Under the pieces are notes generated by a model, which was given only the letters and a program-made list of their open reading frames with translations, had not been told where the DNA came from and did no database searches. Source: Pseudomonadota bacterium (GTDB taxonomy: Bacteria > Pseudomonadota > Alphaproteobacteria > Micropepsales > Micropepsaceae). From it: a stretch of DNA of 41,202 nt. The stretch lies in the NCBI GenBank assembly GCA_018242085.1, contig JAFECO010000688.1:1-41202 (forward strand), written 5' to 3'. Position numbers and translations under genes: made by a program. Positions 1 to 9,106 of the stretch are shown one piece after another (within the stretch, counting starts at the first letter, position 1; each line of letters starts with the position of its first letter).

Positions 1-1059
1 GCCAGCGCCTGCCGCCAGGCCCACGCGCACGGTGCCTGCCAGCCCGATGCCCAATGGCACCATGAAGGTGAGCGAGGGAATGGTGATGGCGATCTGATGT
101 GCTGCCAGGGCCGCGATCCCGAATGTGCCCATTGCCAGGGTCGCCGCGTTGAACAGCGCCACTTCGAACAGCATGGTCACGCCAATGGGCAAACCCAGAT
201 GAAACAGCTCGAATAGCGAGCGCCAGTGCGGCCGGAAAAAACGGTGCAGGACATGGTAGGGCTTGAGCACGGGGAGGCGCAGGGCAATCACTGCCATCGC
301 CACCAGGGTGAACAGATTGGACGAGGCGCTGGCAAAACCCGCGCCGACCAGACCCAGTTTGGGAAAACCGAAATGCCCAAAAATCAGGGTATAGTCGCCA
401 AGCGCATTGAACAGGATGGCAAGCCCCATCACCACCATGGGCGGGATGGGCCGGCTGAGCGAGGTGGAGAAATTGCGCAGCACTTGGAAGGCCAGCGAAC
501 AGGGAAGCCCGAACGCCAGCGCCGCCGTATAGATCCCCGCATCCGCCGCCAGTTTGGGTTCCTGCTGAAAGAGCAGAAGAATGTCGCGGGTAAAGAACAA
601 CGCGGCCAACAGGGGCGGCGACATCAGCGCCACCGACCACAGGCCCATGCGCACCACCAGCCGCACGTCTTTCTGGTCGCGCGGCCGGACGCGAAACCGG
701 TTCCCACTTTCGCTGGCCGACGCTCCCTGATCGCGCGGCCGGGTTGAAAGCCGCTTGGTCGCCGCTCCATGACGTCCCACCACATGGGCGATCATGGGCG
801 AGACGGCGGAAACCGGCCCTGTGCCCAGAAGCCAGATGAAAAAGAACACCGTGTTGCCGATGGCGCCGGCCGCCAGCGCTTCCTTGCTGAAATGACCCAG
901 CATCACCGTGTCGGTGGCCAGGATGATCATCTGGGCGAGCTGGGTCGCCGCCATGGGGACCGCTAGGCGCATGAGTTCGCGCGCCTCCGCCGCCCAGGCG
1001 GCGAAATCATGTCCGGTGATCCGGGGACCGGGGTTTGCGACTTCCAGTTCGGCGTCCAT
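1..1059 (-). CDS. MATE family (NorM-like) efflux transporter, 3' end outside the window
   Basis: Manual translation from ATG 1059 gives ...ELMRLAVPMAATQLAQMIILATDTVMLGH...IFGHFGFPKLGLVGAGFAS...LGLPIGVTMLFEVALF...ALAAHQIAI..., which are typical MATE motifs. It is missing from the ORF track because it runs off the window. Confidence 0.93.
   Translation of the reverse strand, partial: MDAELEVANPGPRITGHDFAAWAAEARELMRLAVPMAATQLAQMIILATDTVMLGHFSKEALAAGAIGNTVFFFIWLLGTGPVSAVSPMIAHVVGRHGAATKRLSTRPRDQGASASESGNRFRVRPRDQKDVRLVVRMGLWSVALMSPPLLAALFFTRDILLLFQQEPKLAADAGIYTAALAFGLPCSLAFQVLRNFSTSLSRPIPPMVVMGLAILFNALGDYTLIFGHFGFPKLGLVGAGFASASSNLFTLVAMAVIALRLPVLKPYHVLHRFFRPHWRSLFELFHLGLPIGVTMLFEVALFNAATLAMGTFGIAALAAHQIAITIPSLTFMVPLGIGLAGTVRVGLAAGAG
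673..768. repeat. CIR-like palindromic unit embedded in frame in the MATE gene
   Basis: Contains ggacGCGAAAccggttcccacTTTCGCtggccg, which resembles the second hairpin of the element at 26766-26867. A 16-bp direct repeat ctgRtcgcgcggccgg lies at 673-688 and 727-742. Confidence 0.7.
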
Positions 1060-1180
1060 ACGCTCTTCTACAGGATTTGCGCGACAAAGGGATGCAAGGG
1101 AGCCATGCGTCCGGTTCGTCTCGATTGGGCGATCGGTTACCGCGCGATATAACCCTTCCGCCGCCAAAGGACGCGAACGG

Positions 1181-1984
1181 ATGAAAACACGGAACATCGC
1201 GCATCGCGGCGGCGCGGGCCTCAGGCCCGAAAACACGCTGGCGGCATTCCGCAACGCCATCGCGCTGGGCGCCGACGGGGCGGAGCTGGATGTGCAGCTT
1301 TCCGCCGACGGCATGGTGATCGTGCACCACGATTTCCGTCTCAATCCGGCACTGACCCGCAAGGATGGAGCCTGGCTTCGGGACAAGACGCCGCGCATCA
1401 AGGATATGACCTTGGCCGAGCTGCAAGCCTTCGATCTGGGGCGCGCCGATCCTCAAAGTGATTATGCCCGCGAGCATCCCCTGATGACGCCGGCCGACGG
1501 CACCCGCATTCCCACCCTGGCCGAGGTGTGCGCTTTGCCATCGCCAAAGTCTTTCACCTTGCTGGTCGAGCTGAAATCCTCGACCGATCCGGCGTCGGCC
1601 GATCCCATCGCCCTGGCCGATGCGGCGCTTGCGGTGATGCAAGAACATCTGGATCGCACGATCTTTGTGGGATTCGACTGGCGAGGTCTGGCGCGCATCA
1701 AGAGCCGGGCGCCGCATGCGTGCTGCTGGTTCACCACCGACAAATTGCCGGGCGAGGCGGAACCGGTGCTGGACATCATCAAAGCCGCGGGAGGAGATGG
1801 CTGGTTCCCGTGCCACGAAGACGCCACGGACCTCAGCGTGACGGGCGCGCGCGCACGCGGCCTTCAGGTGGCGGCCTGGACCGTCGACGAGCCCGCGGAC
1901 ATGAAGCGCCTTCTGGGCCTGAAGCTAGACGCGATCTGCACTGATCGGCCGGACTTGTTACAAACCTTCGAACAGCGCGGTTGA
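1181..1984 (+). CDS. Glycerophosphodiester phosphodiesterase (GDPD/UgpQ-like)
   Basis: Motifs IAHRG, PENT, ELDVQ, HHD, VELK, WTVD and ICTDRP; ATG 1181. Confidence 0.93.
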   Translation: MKTRNIAHRGGAGLRPENTLAAFRNAIALGADGAELDVQLSADGMVIVHHDFRLNPALTRKDGAWLRDKTPRIKDMTLAELQAFDLGRADPQSDYAREHPLMTPADGTRIPTLAEVCALPSPKSFTLLVELKSSTDPASADPIALADAALAVMQEHLDRTIFVGFDWRGLARIKSRAPHACCWFTTDKLPGEAEPVLDIIKAAGGDGWFPCHEDATDLSVTGARARGLQVAAWTVDEPADMKRLLGLKLDAICTDRPDLLQTFEQRG

Positions 1985-2917
1985 AAGATAGCGTTCCGCG
2001 AAAGAAGGGATGACCGCGACGATGGTCTTGCCTTCATTTTCGGGGCGCGCGCCCACTTCCAGCGCGGCGGCGATGGCGGCACCCGACGAGATGCCAACCG
2101 GAATGCCTTCCAGCCGGGCGGTCTGCCGCGCGGTTTCCAGCGCCGTCTCGTTGGAGATGGTGATGATCTCGTCGATCACTTTCAGATCCAGAATGCCGGG
2201 AACGAAACCGGCGCCCAGGCCCTGGATCTTGTGCGGGCCGGGCGGACCGCCGGACAGGACGGCGCTGTCCTCCGGCTCCAAGGCGATCATTTTGACTCCG
2301 GGCTTGCGGCCTTTCAGGACCTGGCCCACGCCAGTGATGGTGCCGCCGGTGCCCACGCCGGAAATCACGATATCGACCTTACCGTCGGTGTCGTTCCAGA
2401 TTTCCTCGGCGGTGGTGCGCCGGTGAATGTCGGGATTGGCGGGATTCTCGAATTGCTGCGGAATGACCGCGCCGGGAATTTCCTTGAGCAGTTCCTGGGC
2501 GCGGGCAATGGCGCCTTTCATGCCTTTGGCGGCATCGGTGAGTTCAAGCTCGGCGCCCAGAATCTGCAGCATCTTGCGCCGCTCGATGGACATGGATTCG
2601 GGCATCACCAGGATCAGCCGGTAGCCTTTGGCGGCGGCGACGAAGGCCAGCGCGATGCCGGTGTTGCCGGAGGTCGGCTCGATCAAGGTGGATTTTCCGG
2701 GCGTGATCGCGCCCTGCTTCTCCAAGGCCTCGATCATGCCGACCCCGATCCGGTCCTTGACCGAGGCGAGGGGGTTGAAGAATTCCAGCTTGAGCAAGAT
2801 GTCCGCCTTGACGCCGGCATCCTTGGCCATGCGGTGTATCCGCACCAAAGGCGTGTCGCCAATGGTTTCGGTGACCGAATTGTAGATGCGGCCTCGGCCG
2901 GGTTTGCCCGTCTGCAT
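1958..2917 (-). CDS. cysK: Cysteine synthase A
   Basis: SVKDR PLP lysine, [33 protein letters not shown]-like CAGGAG precedes ATG 2917. Confidence 0.97.
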   Translation of the reverse strand: MQTGKPGRGRIYNSVTETIGDTPLVRIHRMAKDAGVKADILLKLEFFNPLASVKDRIGVGMIEALEKQGAITPGKSTLIEPTSGNTGIALAFVAAAKGYRLILVMPESMSIERRKMLQILGAELELTDAAKGMKGAIARAQELLKEIPGAVIPQQFENPANPDIHRRTTAEEIWNDTDGKVDIVISGVGTGGTITGVGQVLKGRKPGVKMIALEPEDSAVLSGGPPGPHKIQGLGAGFVPGILDLKVIDEIITISNETALETARQTARLEGIPVGISSGAAIAAALEVGARPENEGKTIVAVIPSFAERYLSTALFEGL

Positions 2918-2928
2918 GAAATCTCCTG

Positions 2929-3384
2929 TCAGATTGCGAAATCGGAGCTGGCGCCGCCGCTGATATCCACGCCATGGGCGCGCGCGCGCTGGCAAAGATC
3001 CTCGATCGAGATGGCATCGAGCTGGGCCATGATGTCGTCCTGCAATGTCTGGATCAGGGGGGCGACGATGCGCAGCCCCAGTTCGGAACGGGGGCGGATC
3101 TTCTCCTCCTCGCCATCCTCGATGCTTTCGGCCACCCGCACCACATCGCCCACCGAGATGCGGCGGCGTTCGCGCGCCAGCCGGTAGCCGCCGCGGGGAC
3201 CCCGCACGCCTTTGAGGACGCCGGCGCGCACCAGCTGCTGCATCACCTGTTCCAGATAGCGTTGCGGCACGCCCTGGCGGGCGGTGATTTCCTTGGCCTG
3301 GACCGGTTCGGGCCGGGCGTTGAAGGCGATATCGATCACCGCCTCCAGCGCCAGAAGCGTTTTCCGGGAAAGACGAAGCATCAT
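2929..3384 (-). CDS. Rrf2-family transcriptional regulator (CymR-like, no IscR Cys triad)
   Basis: [13 protein letters not shown]...[13 protein letters not shown] winged-helix signature; only one Cys. Confidence 0.93.
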   Translation of the reverse strand: MMLRLSRKTLLALEAVIDIAFNARPEPVQAKEITARQGVPQRYLEQVMQQLVRAGVLKGVRGPRGGYRLARERRRISVGDVVRVAESIEDGEEEKIRPRSELGLRIVAPLIQTLQDDIMAQLDAISIEDLCQRARAHGVDISGGASSDFAI

Positions 3385-3836
3385 GGCGTTTTCACCGTCA
3401 TGCCGGTGGAGCCGAAGCCGCCCGCGCCGCGGGCGCTGTCGGACAGGCTGTCGCTTTCCACGATCTGGGCCTGCTCGTGGCGCGCGATCACCATCTGCGC
3501 GATCTTGGTTCCCCGCTTGATCACGAAGGGCGCATCGCCATGGTTGATCAGGATGGCTTTGATCTCGCCCCGGTAATCGCTGTCGATGGTGCCCGGCGCG
3601 TTCAACACCGTGACGCCATGATTGAGCGCCAGCCCGGAACGGGGACGCACCTGGGCTTCCACACCCAGCGGCAATTCGATGGCGATGCCACAGGGAATGG
3701 CGGCGCGGCGGCCGGGCGCGATTTCGACATCACCGTCGATGGCTGCCAGCAGATCCAAGCCCGCTGCGCCCAAGGTGGCATAATGCGGCAACGCAAGATC
3801 TTGCCCGTTGGCAAGGCGCTTCAATCCGACTTTCAT
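3381..3836 (-). CDS. dut: dUTP diphosphatase
   Basis: [32 protein letters not shown]. Confidence 0.98.
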   Translation of the reverse strand: MKVGLKRLANGQDLALPHYATLGAAGLDLLAAIDGDVEIAPGRRAAIPCGIAIELPLGVEAQVRPRSGLALNHGVTVLNAPGTIDSDYRGEIKAILINHGDAPFVIKRGTKIAQMVIARHEQAQIVESDSLSDSARGAGGFGSTGMTVKTP

Positions 3837-5050
3837 GAGGACGTTTCCCGGAAGTGCTGAGTTATGTGTTGGACCAGCCGGCGAGCGACTTCGGCTTTTT
3901 TCATGTCCGGCCAGCTTTCCTGTGCCGTCGCGGTGATCAGATGAACCTGATTGCGCTCGCCGCCCATCACCGATTCTCCGCTTCCATTGGCGGACACGTC
4001 ATTGGCCACGATCCAATCCGCATTCTTGCGCTTTTGCTTGGCAACGGCATGGGCCAGGACATCGTCGGTCTCGGCGGCAAAGCCGACCAACAGGCGGGGG
4101 CGTTTTTTGTGATGGCCGAGGGTGGCGAGGATATCGGGATTCTCCACCAGCCGGAGAGCGGGGATGCGGTGGTCCGCATCTTTCTTGATCTTGCTATCGG
4201 CAGCGATGTCCGGCCGCCAATCGGCGACGGCCGCGCTCATCACCGCGATATCGGCGGGCAACTCGGCTTCGCAGGCCGCCAGCATGTCGCGCGCGGTGGT
4301 AACTTTCACCAGCCTCACATGCGATGGCGCCGCGATATCGACGGGTCCGGAAACCAGCACCGTGTCGGCGCCGGCGGCGGCCAGGGCATCGGCAATGGCA
4401 TAGCCCTGTTTGCCCGACGAGCGGTTGGCGATGAAACGCACCGGGTCGAGCGGCTCCTGGGTAGGCCCGGCGGTGACCAGTGCCTTGAAGCCGTCGAGCG
4501 GACCGCCTCGGACCTTGAAGGCCTGTTCGACAGCGGCGACGATTTCCAGCGGCTCGGCCATCCGTCCGGGACCGAATTCTCCGCAGGCCATTTCGCCTTC
4601 ATTGGGACCCACGAACAGCACGCCGTCGCGCGCCAATGTTTCGGCGCTGCGGCGCACCGAAGGGCTCTGCCACATGCGCACATTCATGGCCGGCGCCATC
4701 AGGATGCGCTTGTCGGTGGCCAGGAGCGTGGTCGACGCCAGATCGCTGGCGAGCCCGCCCGCCAGCTTGCCCATCAGATCGGCGGTGGCAGGGGCGACCA
4801 CCACCAGGTCGGCGGACCGGGACAGTTCGATATGTCCCATTTCGCTTTCGTCGGTGAGGCTGAAGAGGTCGGAATAGACTTTCTCGCCGGTCAGGGCCGC
4901 CACCGACAGGGGCGTGACGAATTCGGCTCCGGCCCGAGTCAGAATGGCGCGGGTTTTCACGCCTCGTTCCGCCAGCCGCCGGATCAGGTCCAGTGACTTA
5001 TAAGCGGCGATACCGCCGCCGATAATGAGTAGGACGCTTTTGCCGCGCAT
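3833..5050 (-). CDS. coaBC: Phosphopantothenoylcysteine decarboxylase/ligase
   Basis: GGIAAYK, HIELSR, APAMN, MACGEFGPGR, TAGPT, NRSSGKQG, GFAAET, VANDV. Confidence 0.97.
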   Translation of the reverse strand: MRGKSVLLIIGGGIAAYKSLDLIRRLAERGVKTRAILTRAGAEFVTPLSVAALTGEKVYSDLFSLTDESEMGHIELSRSADLVVVAPATADLMGKLAGGLASDLASTTLLATDKRILMAPAMNVRMWQSPSVRRSAETLARDGVLFVGPNEGEMACGEFGPGRMAEPLEIVAAVEQAFKVRGGPLDGFKALVTAGPTQEPLDPVRFIANRSSGKQGYAIADALAAAGADTVLVSGPVDIAAPSHVRLVKVTTARDMLAACEAELPADIAVMSAAVADWRPDIAADSKIKKDADHRIPALRLVENPDILATLGHHKKRPRLLVGFAAETDDVLAHAVAKQKRKNADWIVANDVSANGSGESVMGGERNQVHLITATAQESWPDMKKAEVARRLVQHITQHFRETSS

Positions 5051-5184
5051 TGGTGTGAAATCCTTCGGCACCCCAGAAATACGGTGCCTGGGCGGGGGAA
5101 TATACAGAACCACGCCCGAAAAGTGTAATTATTTGGAACGATGAAATCAAACAGTGATATCAAACTCTTAAAAATAGCCAGAAG

Positions 5185-5199
5185 TTAATGATTCGCTAA
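5185..5199. promoter_or_regulatory. Near-consensus CtrA box containing a GANTC (CcrM) site
   Basis: TTAA-tgattcg-CTAA versus consensus TTAA-N7-TTAA; GATTC at 5190-5194. Confidence 0.55.
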
Positions 5200-5242
5200 A
5201 CATGCTGTGGTCAACTGACCGCCGGCCTTGGGGGGCTTGGGT

Positions 5243-5494
5243 ATGGCGTTAGCGAAATCCGGTCACGACCGGCAGAATAAGATCCTTCTCAGCACCGGCG
5301 AGATCATGCGTCTCGCGTCGGATTTTGCCGAAGAGCATGGCGCGGACGCGTGCGATTATGCCTATCGCGCCGTGGTCAATTTTGAAGCCGAAGGCGAAGG
5401 CGAGCGCGCCTATCTCTGGTTCCTGCTTTTGGTCATGCTGGGCGATATCGCCAGCAATCGGCTCAATCCGGACAAGCCACTGACGATTCATTAG
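5243..5494 (+). CDS. Small hypothetical protein (83 aa)
   Basis: ORF with genome-like codon use behind an AT-rich promoter region; no family recognised. Confidence 0.7.
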   Translation: MALAKSGHDRQNKILLSTGEIMRLASDFAEEHGADACDYAYRAVVNFEAEGEGERAYLWFLLLVMLGDIASNRLNPDKPLTIH

Positions 5495-5497
5495 ATG

Positions 5498-5581
5498 GCC
5501 CCCATCTGTGCGGCACGCGGGCAAGCCCGCTACCGCACATCTTCCCCCGCTAGCCCTGCGGGCGCGGGGGGAAGAAAGTCC
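5498..5581 (+). repeat. Two-hairpin intergenic repeat, copy 1
   Basis: GCCCCCATCTGT-[stem, GCAAGC tip]-ACATCTTCCCCC-[stem]-GGGGGAAGAAAG. Confidence 0.92.
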
Positions 5582-5639
5582 GTGTGCGCTTCTGGGCTCG
5601 ATGCGATAGCATCCCGGCCCAACCCGCTTTCAGGACAAC

Positions 5640-6584
5640 ATGCCGCTCGACCCTTTGGTGAAAGCCTTTCTCGATCAGGCGGCGGCGATTCCGCGGCCCA
5701 AGGCATGGGAGATGCCGCTCTCCGCCTCGCGCAAAGGGTTTGCCGGGATGATGGGACTGGTCGGCCCCCAGGATGTTCCCGTCGGTCGAATCGAGAATTT
5801 CAAGATACCGGGACCCAGAGGCGACATCCGCGCCCGCGCCTATGCGCCCATCGCGGTGGGCGGCGATGCCCAGCCCGTGCTGGTCTATTTTCACGGCGGC
5901 GGTTTTGTCGTGGGCGACCTCAATACCCATGACGGGCTTTGCCGGCTGTTTGCCCATGAAGGCGGGTTTCGCGTCATCGCGGTGGAGTACCGCCTGGCGC
6001 CGGAACACAAATGGCCCGCGCCATTGGATGATGCGGCGGCAGCGCTGCAATGGATATTCGACAATGCCACGGCGCTGGGCGTGGATGCGGGCCGCATCGC
6101 GGTCGGTGGGGACTCCGCCGGGGCGTTGCTGACGGCCTGTCTGACGCAGCTCATGAAGAAGAAGGGCGGGGCGGCGATCGCTTTCCAGATGCTTCTGTTC
6201 CCGTCGACCGACCTGGCCGGACACTTTGCGTCGATGGACAAATTCGGTGTCGGCTATTTCCTCGATCGCCAAACCATCGAATGGAATAACAATCAGCTTT
6301 TTCCGCACGATATCGACAGAAGTTCGCCCGAAATCTCACCCCTGCGAGCCAAGAATTTTGCGGGCTTGCCCCCTGCCTACATCATGCTGGCGGGCTACGA
6401 CCCCTTGCATGACGAGGGGCTGGCCTATGCGCAGAAATTGAAAGAGGCGGGCGTGCGGGTGACCGTCGCGGACCATCCGGAAATGGTCCATTGCTTTATC
6501 TATCTGCAGACGGTCTTGCCGCAAGCGCATGAGGCGGTAGCCGCCGCCGCGAAAGCGGTGCGCGATGCGTTGGCGATGGCGTGA
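5640..6584 (+). CDS. Alpha/beta hydrolase, HSL (family IV) esterase
   Basis: HGGG oxyanion motif, GDSAG nucleophile, DPLHDEG, and His in MVHCF. Confidence 0.95.
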   Translation: MPLDPLVKAFLDQAAAIPRPKAWEMPLSASRKGFAGMMGLVGPQDVPVGRIENFKIPGPRGDIRARAYAPIAVGGDAQPVLVYFHGGGFVVGDLNTHDGLCRLFAHEGGFRVIAVEYRLAPEHKWPAPLDDAAAALQWIFDNATALGVDAGRIAVGGDSAGALLTACLTQLMKKKGGAAIAFQMLLFPSTDLAGHFASMDKFGVGYFLDRQTIEWNNNQLFPHDIDRSSPEISPLRAKNFAGLPPAYIMLAGYDPLHDEGLAYAQKLKEAGVRVTVADHPEMVHCFIYLQTVLPQAHEAVAAAAKAVRDALAMA

Positions 6585-6607
6585 GGAAAGGCGGGTAAGC
6601 GGAACGC

Positions 6608-6775
6608 TTACTTGATCTTGCCTTCCTTGAATTCGACGTGCTTGCGCAGGACGGGATCATATTTCTTGATCGAGAATTTTTCCGTCATGGTGCGGGTGTT
6701 CTTCTTGGCGACATAGAAAAAGCCGGTATTGCCTTCGCTGTTGAGGCGAATTTTGGCAGTGGTGGGCTTGGCCAT
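6608..6775 (-). CDS. rpmG: 50S ribosomal protein L33 (Zn-free form)
   Basis: Manual translation [55 protein letters not shown]; SD GGAG. Not in the ORF track. Confidence 0.97.
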   Translation of the reverse strand: MAKPTTAKIRLNSEGNTGFFYVAKKNTRTMTEKFSIKKYDPVLRKHVEFKEGKIK

Positions 6776-6865
6776 GGCGGACTCCAGAAGAAACAGGTCG
6801 AACGGGGCGGGTTTGTGAGGGATGGACCCAATTCTGTCAAGCGGACCCGGTCAATATCCTGAAAT

Positions 6866-9106
6866 TCAACGTTTTTTCGGCTTGAACCGGCGCTTTTCCC
6901 GATCCTGGCGGCCCTTTGCCGGCTTGGGCGGCCGGTGGGCGCGGGCGGGAATCGCCCCGCCTTCCGCCAACTCGAAGCGCATGCCGCCGGTCACGGGGGC
7001 GGCCTCCATCAGCTTGACCGTGACGGCATCGCCCATTCCGTAAGTCGTGTCGGTGCGCTCGCCCCGCATGGTCTGGGCCCGCTCGTCATGGCGGAAATAT
7101 TCCGCGCCAAGGGAGCGCGCCGGCAAAAGACCTTCGGCGCCCGACTCCTTCAAGCGCACGAACAGCCCGAATTTGGTGACCCCTGTGATGCGCGCTTCGA
7201 ACGTGGCGCCGACCCGGTCCTGCATGAAGGCGGCGACATAGCGGTCGGTGGAATCGCGTTCGGCGGCCATGGCGCGCCGTTCCGTGAGCGAGATCGCCTG
7301 GGCGATCTCCGCCAGCTGCTTGATCTCGCGGTCGGTGAGGCCGTCGCCGCCGCCCAGCTTCAGGCCCCGGATCAAAGCGCGGTGCACGATCAGGTCGGCA
7401 TAGCGCCGGATCGGCGAGGTGAAATGCGCGTATTTCGCCAGGTTGAGGCCGAAATGGCCGATATTGGCGGCGTCATAGATCGCCTGGGCCTGGCTGCGCA
7501 GGACCACATCGTTCATCACCGCTTCATGCGGCGTACCTTTCGCCTGGGAGAGGATGCGGTTGAAAGTGCCCGGCTGCATCACCTGGCCCTTGGCGAAGTT
7601 TATATTCAGGGTACGGAGGAAATCGGAAAAGGCGTAAAGCTTCTCGCGCGACGGCGTGTCGTGAACGCGGTAGATGAGGGGCGTGCGCGCCTTCTCCAAC
7701 GCCTCGGCGGCGGCGACATTGGCCAAGACCATGCACTCTTCGATCAGGCGCATGGATTCCAGCCGCTCGCGATAGGCGATGCTGGCGACATGGCCGTCGG
7801 CGCCCAGCTGGATGCGCCGCTCCGGCAGGTCGAGGTCCAGGGGACTGCGTTTCTCGCGTGCAACCACAAGCGACTGATAGGCGGACCATAGATCGGCCAA
7901 GGTCTTACGCACCGTCGCGCTCATCTCCGCGTCCGGCTTGCCGTCAAAGGCCGCTTGCGCCCGCGCATAAGTCAGCCGCGCCGCCGAGCGCATCACGGCC
8001 CTGAGGAAGGTATGCCCGCGCTTATGGCCATGAGCGTCGAACACCATCCGCACCGCCAGGCAGGGGCGGTCCACGCCTTCCTTCAAGGAACAAAGATCGG
8101 CGGAAAGCTCTTCCGGCAGCATCGGTACGACGCGGTCCGGAAAATAGGCGCTGTTGCCGCGCTTGAGCGCTTCTTTGTCCAGCGCCGAGCCCGGCGTCAC
8201 ATAATGGGCGACATCCGCGATGGCGACCAGAATGACATGGCCGCCCTTGTTGCCGGCATCGTCATCTGGTCCCGCCCAGACCGCGTCGTCGTGATCGCGG
8301 GCGTCTTCCGGGTCGATCGTGACAAGCGGAATTACGCGCAGATCCGTGCGCCCGCGCGGGTCCACGGGCTTTGCCACGCCGGCTTCTTCCAGTACCGAAG
8401 GGGGGAAGACGGTGGGGATGCCATGCGCGTGAATGGCGATCAGGCTGATGGTGCGCGGGCTGTCCATGCTGCCGATGCGTTCCACCACGCGCACTTTGGG
8501 AAAGCCGGCGGATTTGCGGCCCACCGGTTCGCACAGCACCAGATCGTTGTTCTTCGCGTCGGCCGCATCGGCGCGATCGAGCGCATATTCGCCCCGCGCT
8601 TTGCGGTCCACCGGCAGCACGCGAAAGCCGGTGCCGGTCGCGCGCAGAACGCCGAGAATGCGCTCGGGGCCCGTCTCGTCTTCCAGCCGGCGCACGATGA
8701 CCGCTTCATAGCTTTCGCCGCGCCGCTCCAGCCGTCCCAGAATGCGATGGCCTGCCGTCAGCGCGGCGCCGTCTTTGGGCGGCGCGACATAGATCGGCGG
8801 GGGCTCGTTGTTGGATTCCCAGGCCAGCGGCCGCGCCAGCAATTCGCCGTCCGCATCGGTGCCGGTGATCTCCAGCACCGCGATGTCCGGCAACTCGCCC
8901 GCTTTGGTCAGGCCGCGTTTGGCTTTGCCTTCGATGGCGCCTTCCGCTTCCAGTTCCCGCAACAGCCGCTTGAGGACGATGCGATCCGATCCCTTGAGGC
9001 CTGTAATGCGCGCCAGATCCCGCTTGGTGGCGCCGGGATGTTCGGCGAGCAGGGCAAGCAGCCGGGCCTTGTCGAGCGGAGGCGCGTTGGTGGCGCGGCG
9101 CGGCAA
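6866..9106 (-). CDS. rnr: Ribonuclease R
   Basis: TIDPEDARDHDDA, HFTSPIRRYADL and a C-terminal S1 domain. The TTG start abuts the topA stop and is uncertain. Confidence 0.96.
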   Translation of the reverse strand: MPRRATNAPPLDKARLLALLAEHPGATKRDLARITGLKGSDRIVLKRLLRELEAEGAIEGKAKRGLTKAGELPDIAVLEITGTDADGELLARPLAWESNNEPPPIYVAPPKDGAALTAGHRILGRLERRGESYEAVIVRRLEDETGPERILGVLRATGTGFRVLPVDRKARGEYALDRADAADAKNNDLVLCEPVGRKSAGFPKVRVVERIGSMDSPRTISLIAIHAHGIPTVFPPSVLEEAGVAKPVDPRGRTDLRVIPLVTIDPEDARDHDDAVWAGPDDDAGNKGGHVILVAIADVAHYVTPGSALDKEALKRGNSAYFPDRVVPMLPEELSADLCSLKEGVDRPCLAVRMVFDAHGHKRGHTFLRAVMRSAARLTYARAQAAFDGKPDAEMSATVRKTLADLWSAYQSLVVAREKRSPLDLDLPERRIQLGADGHVASIAYRERLESMRLIEECMVLANVAAAEALEKARTPLIYRVHDTPSREKLYAFSDFLRTLNINFAKGQVMQPGTFNRILSQAKGTPHEAVMNDVVLRSQAQAIYDAANIGHFGLNLAKYAHFTSPIRRYADLIVHRALIRGLKLGGGDGLTDREIKQLAEIAQAISLTERRAMAAERDSTDRYVAAFMQDRVGATFEARITGVTKFGLFVRLKESGAEGLLPARSLGAEYFRHDERAQTMRGERTDTTYGMGDAVTVKLMEAAPVTGGMRFELAEGGAIPARAHRPPKPAKGRQDREKRRFKPKKR

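Noticed and set aside
226-966. Plus-strand ORFs 226-747 and 769-966
   Set aside because: They are antisense to the MATE gene, which explains the region.
908-1180. Long N-terminal extensions in the ORF track (GDPD, topA, dprA, pyrC, MFS, gatC, era, rlmB)
   Set aside because: They result from taking the first possible start codon; downstream starts match the family N-termini and the operon overlaps.
1958-1984. Convergent 3' overlaps (GDPD/cysK 27 bp; smpB/udg 18 bp at 27324-27341)
   Set aside because: Short tail-to-tail overlaps are common in compact GC-rich genomes.
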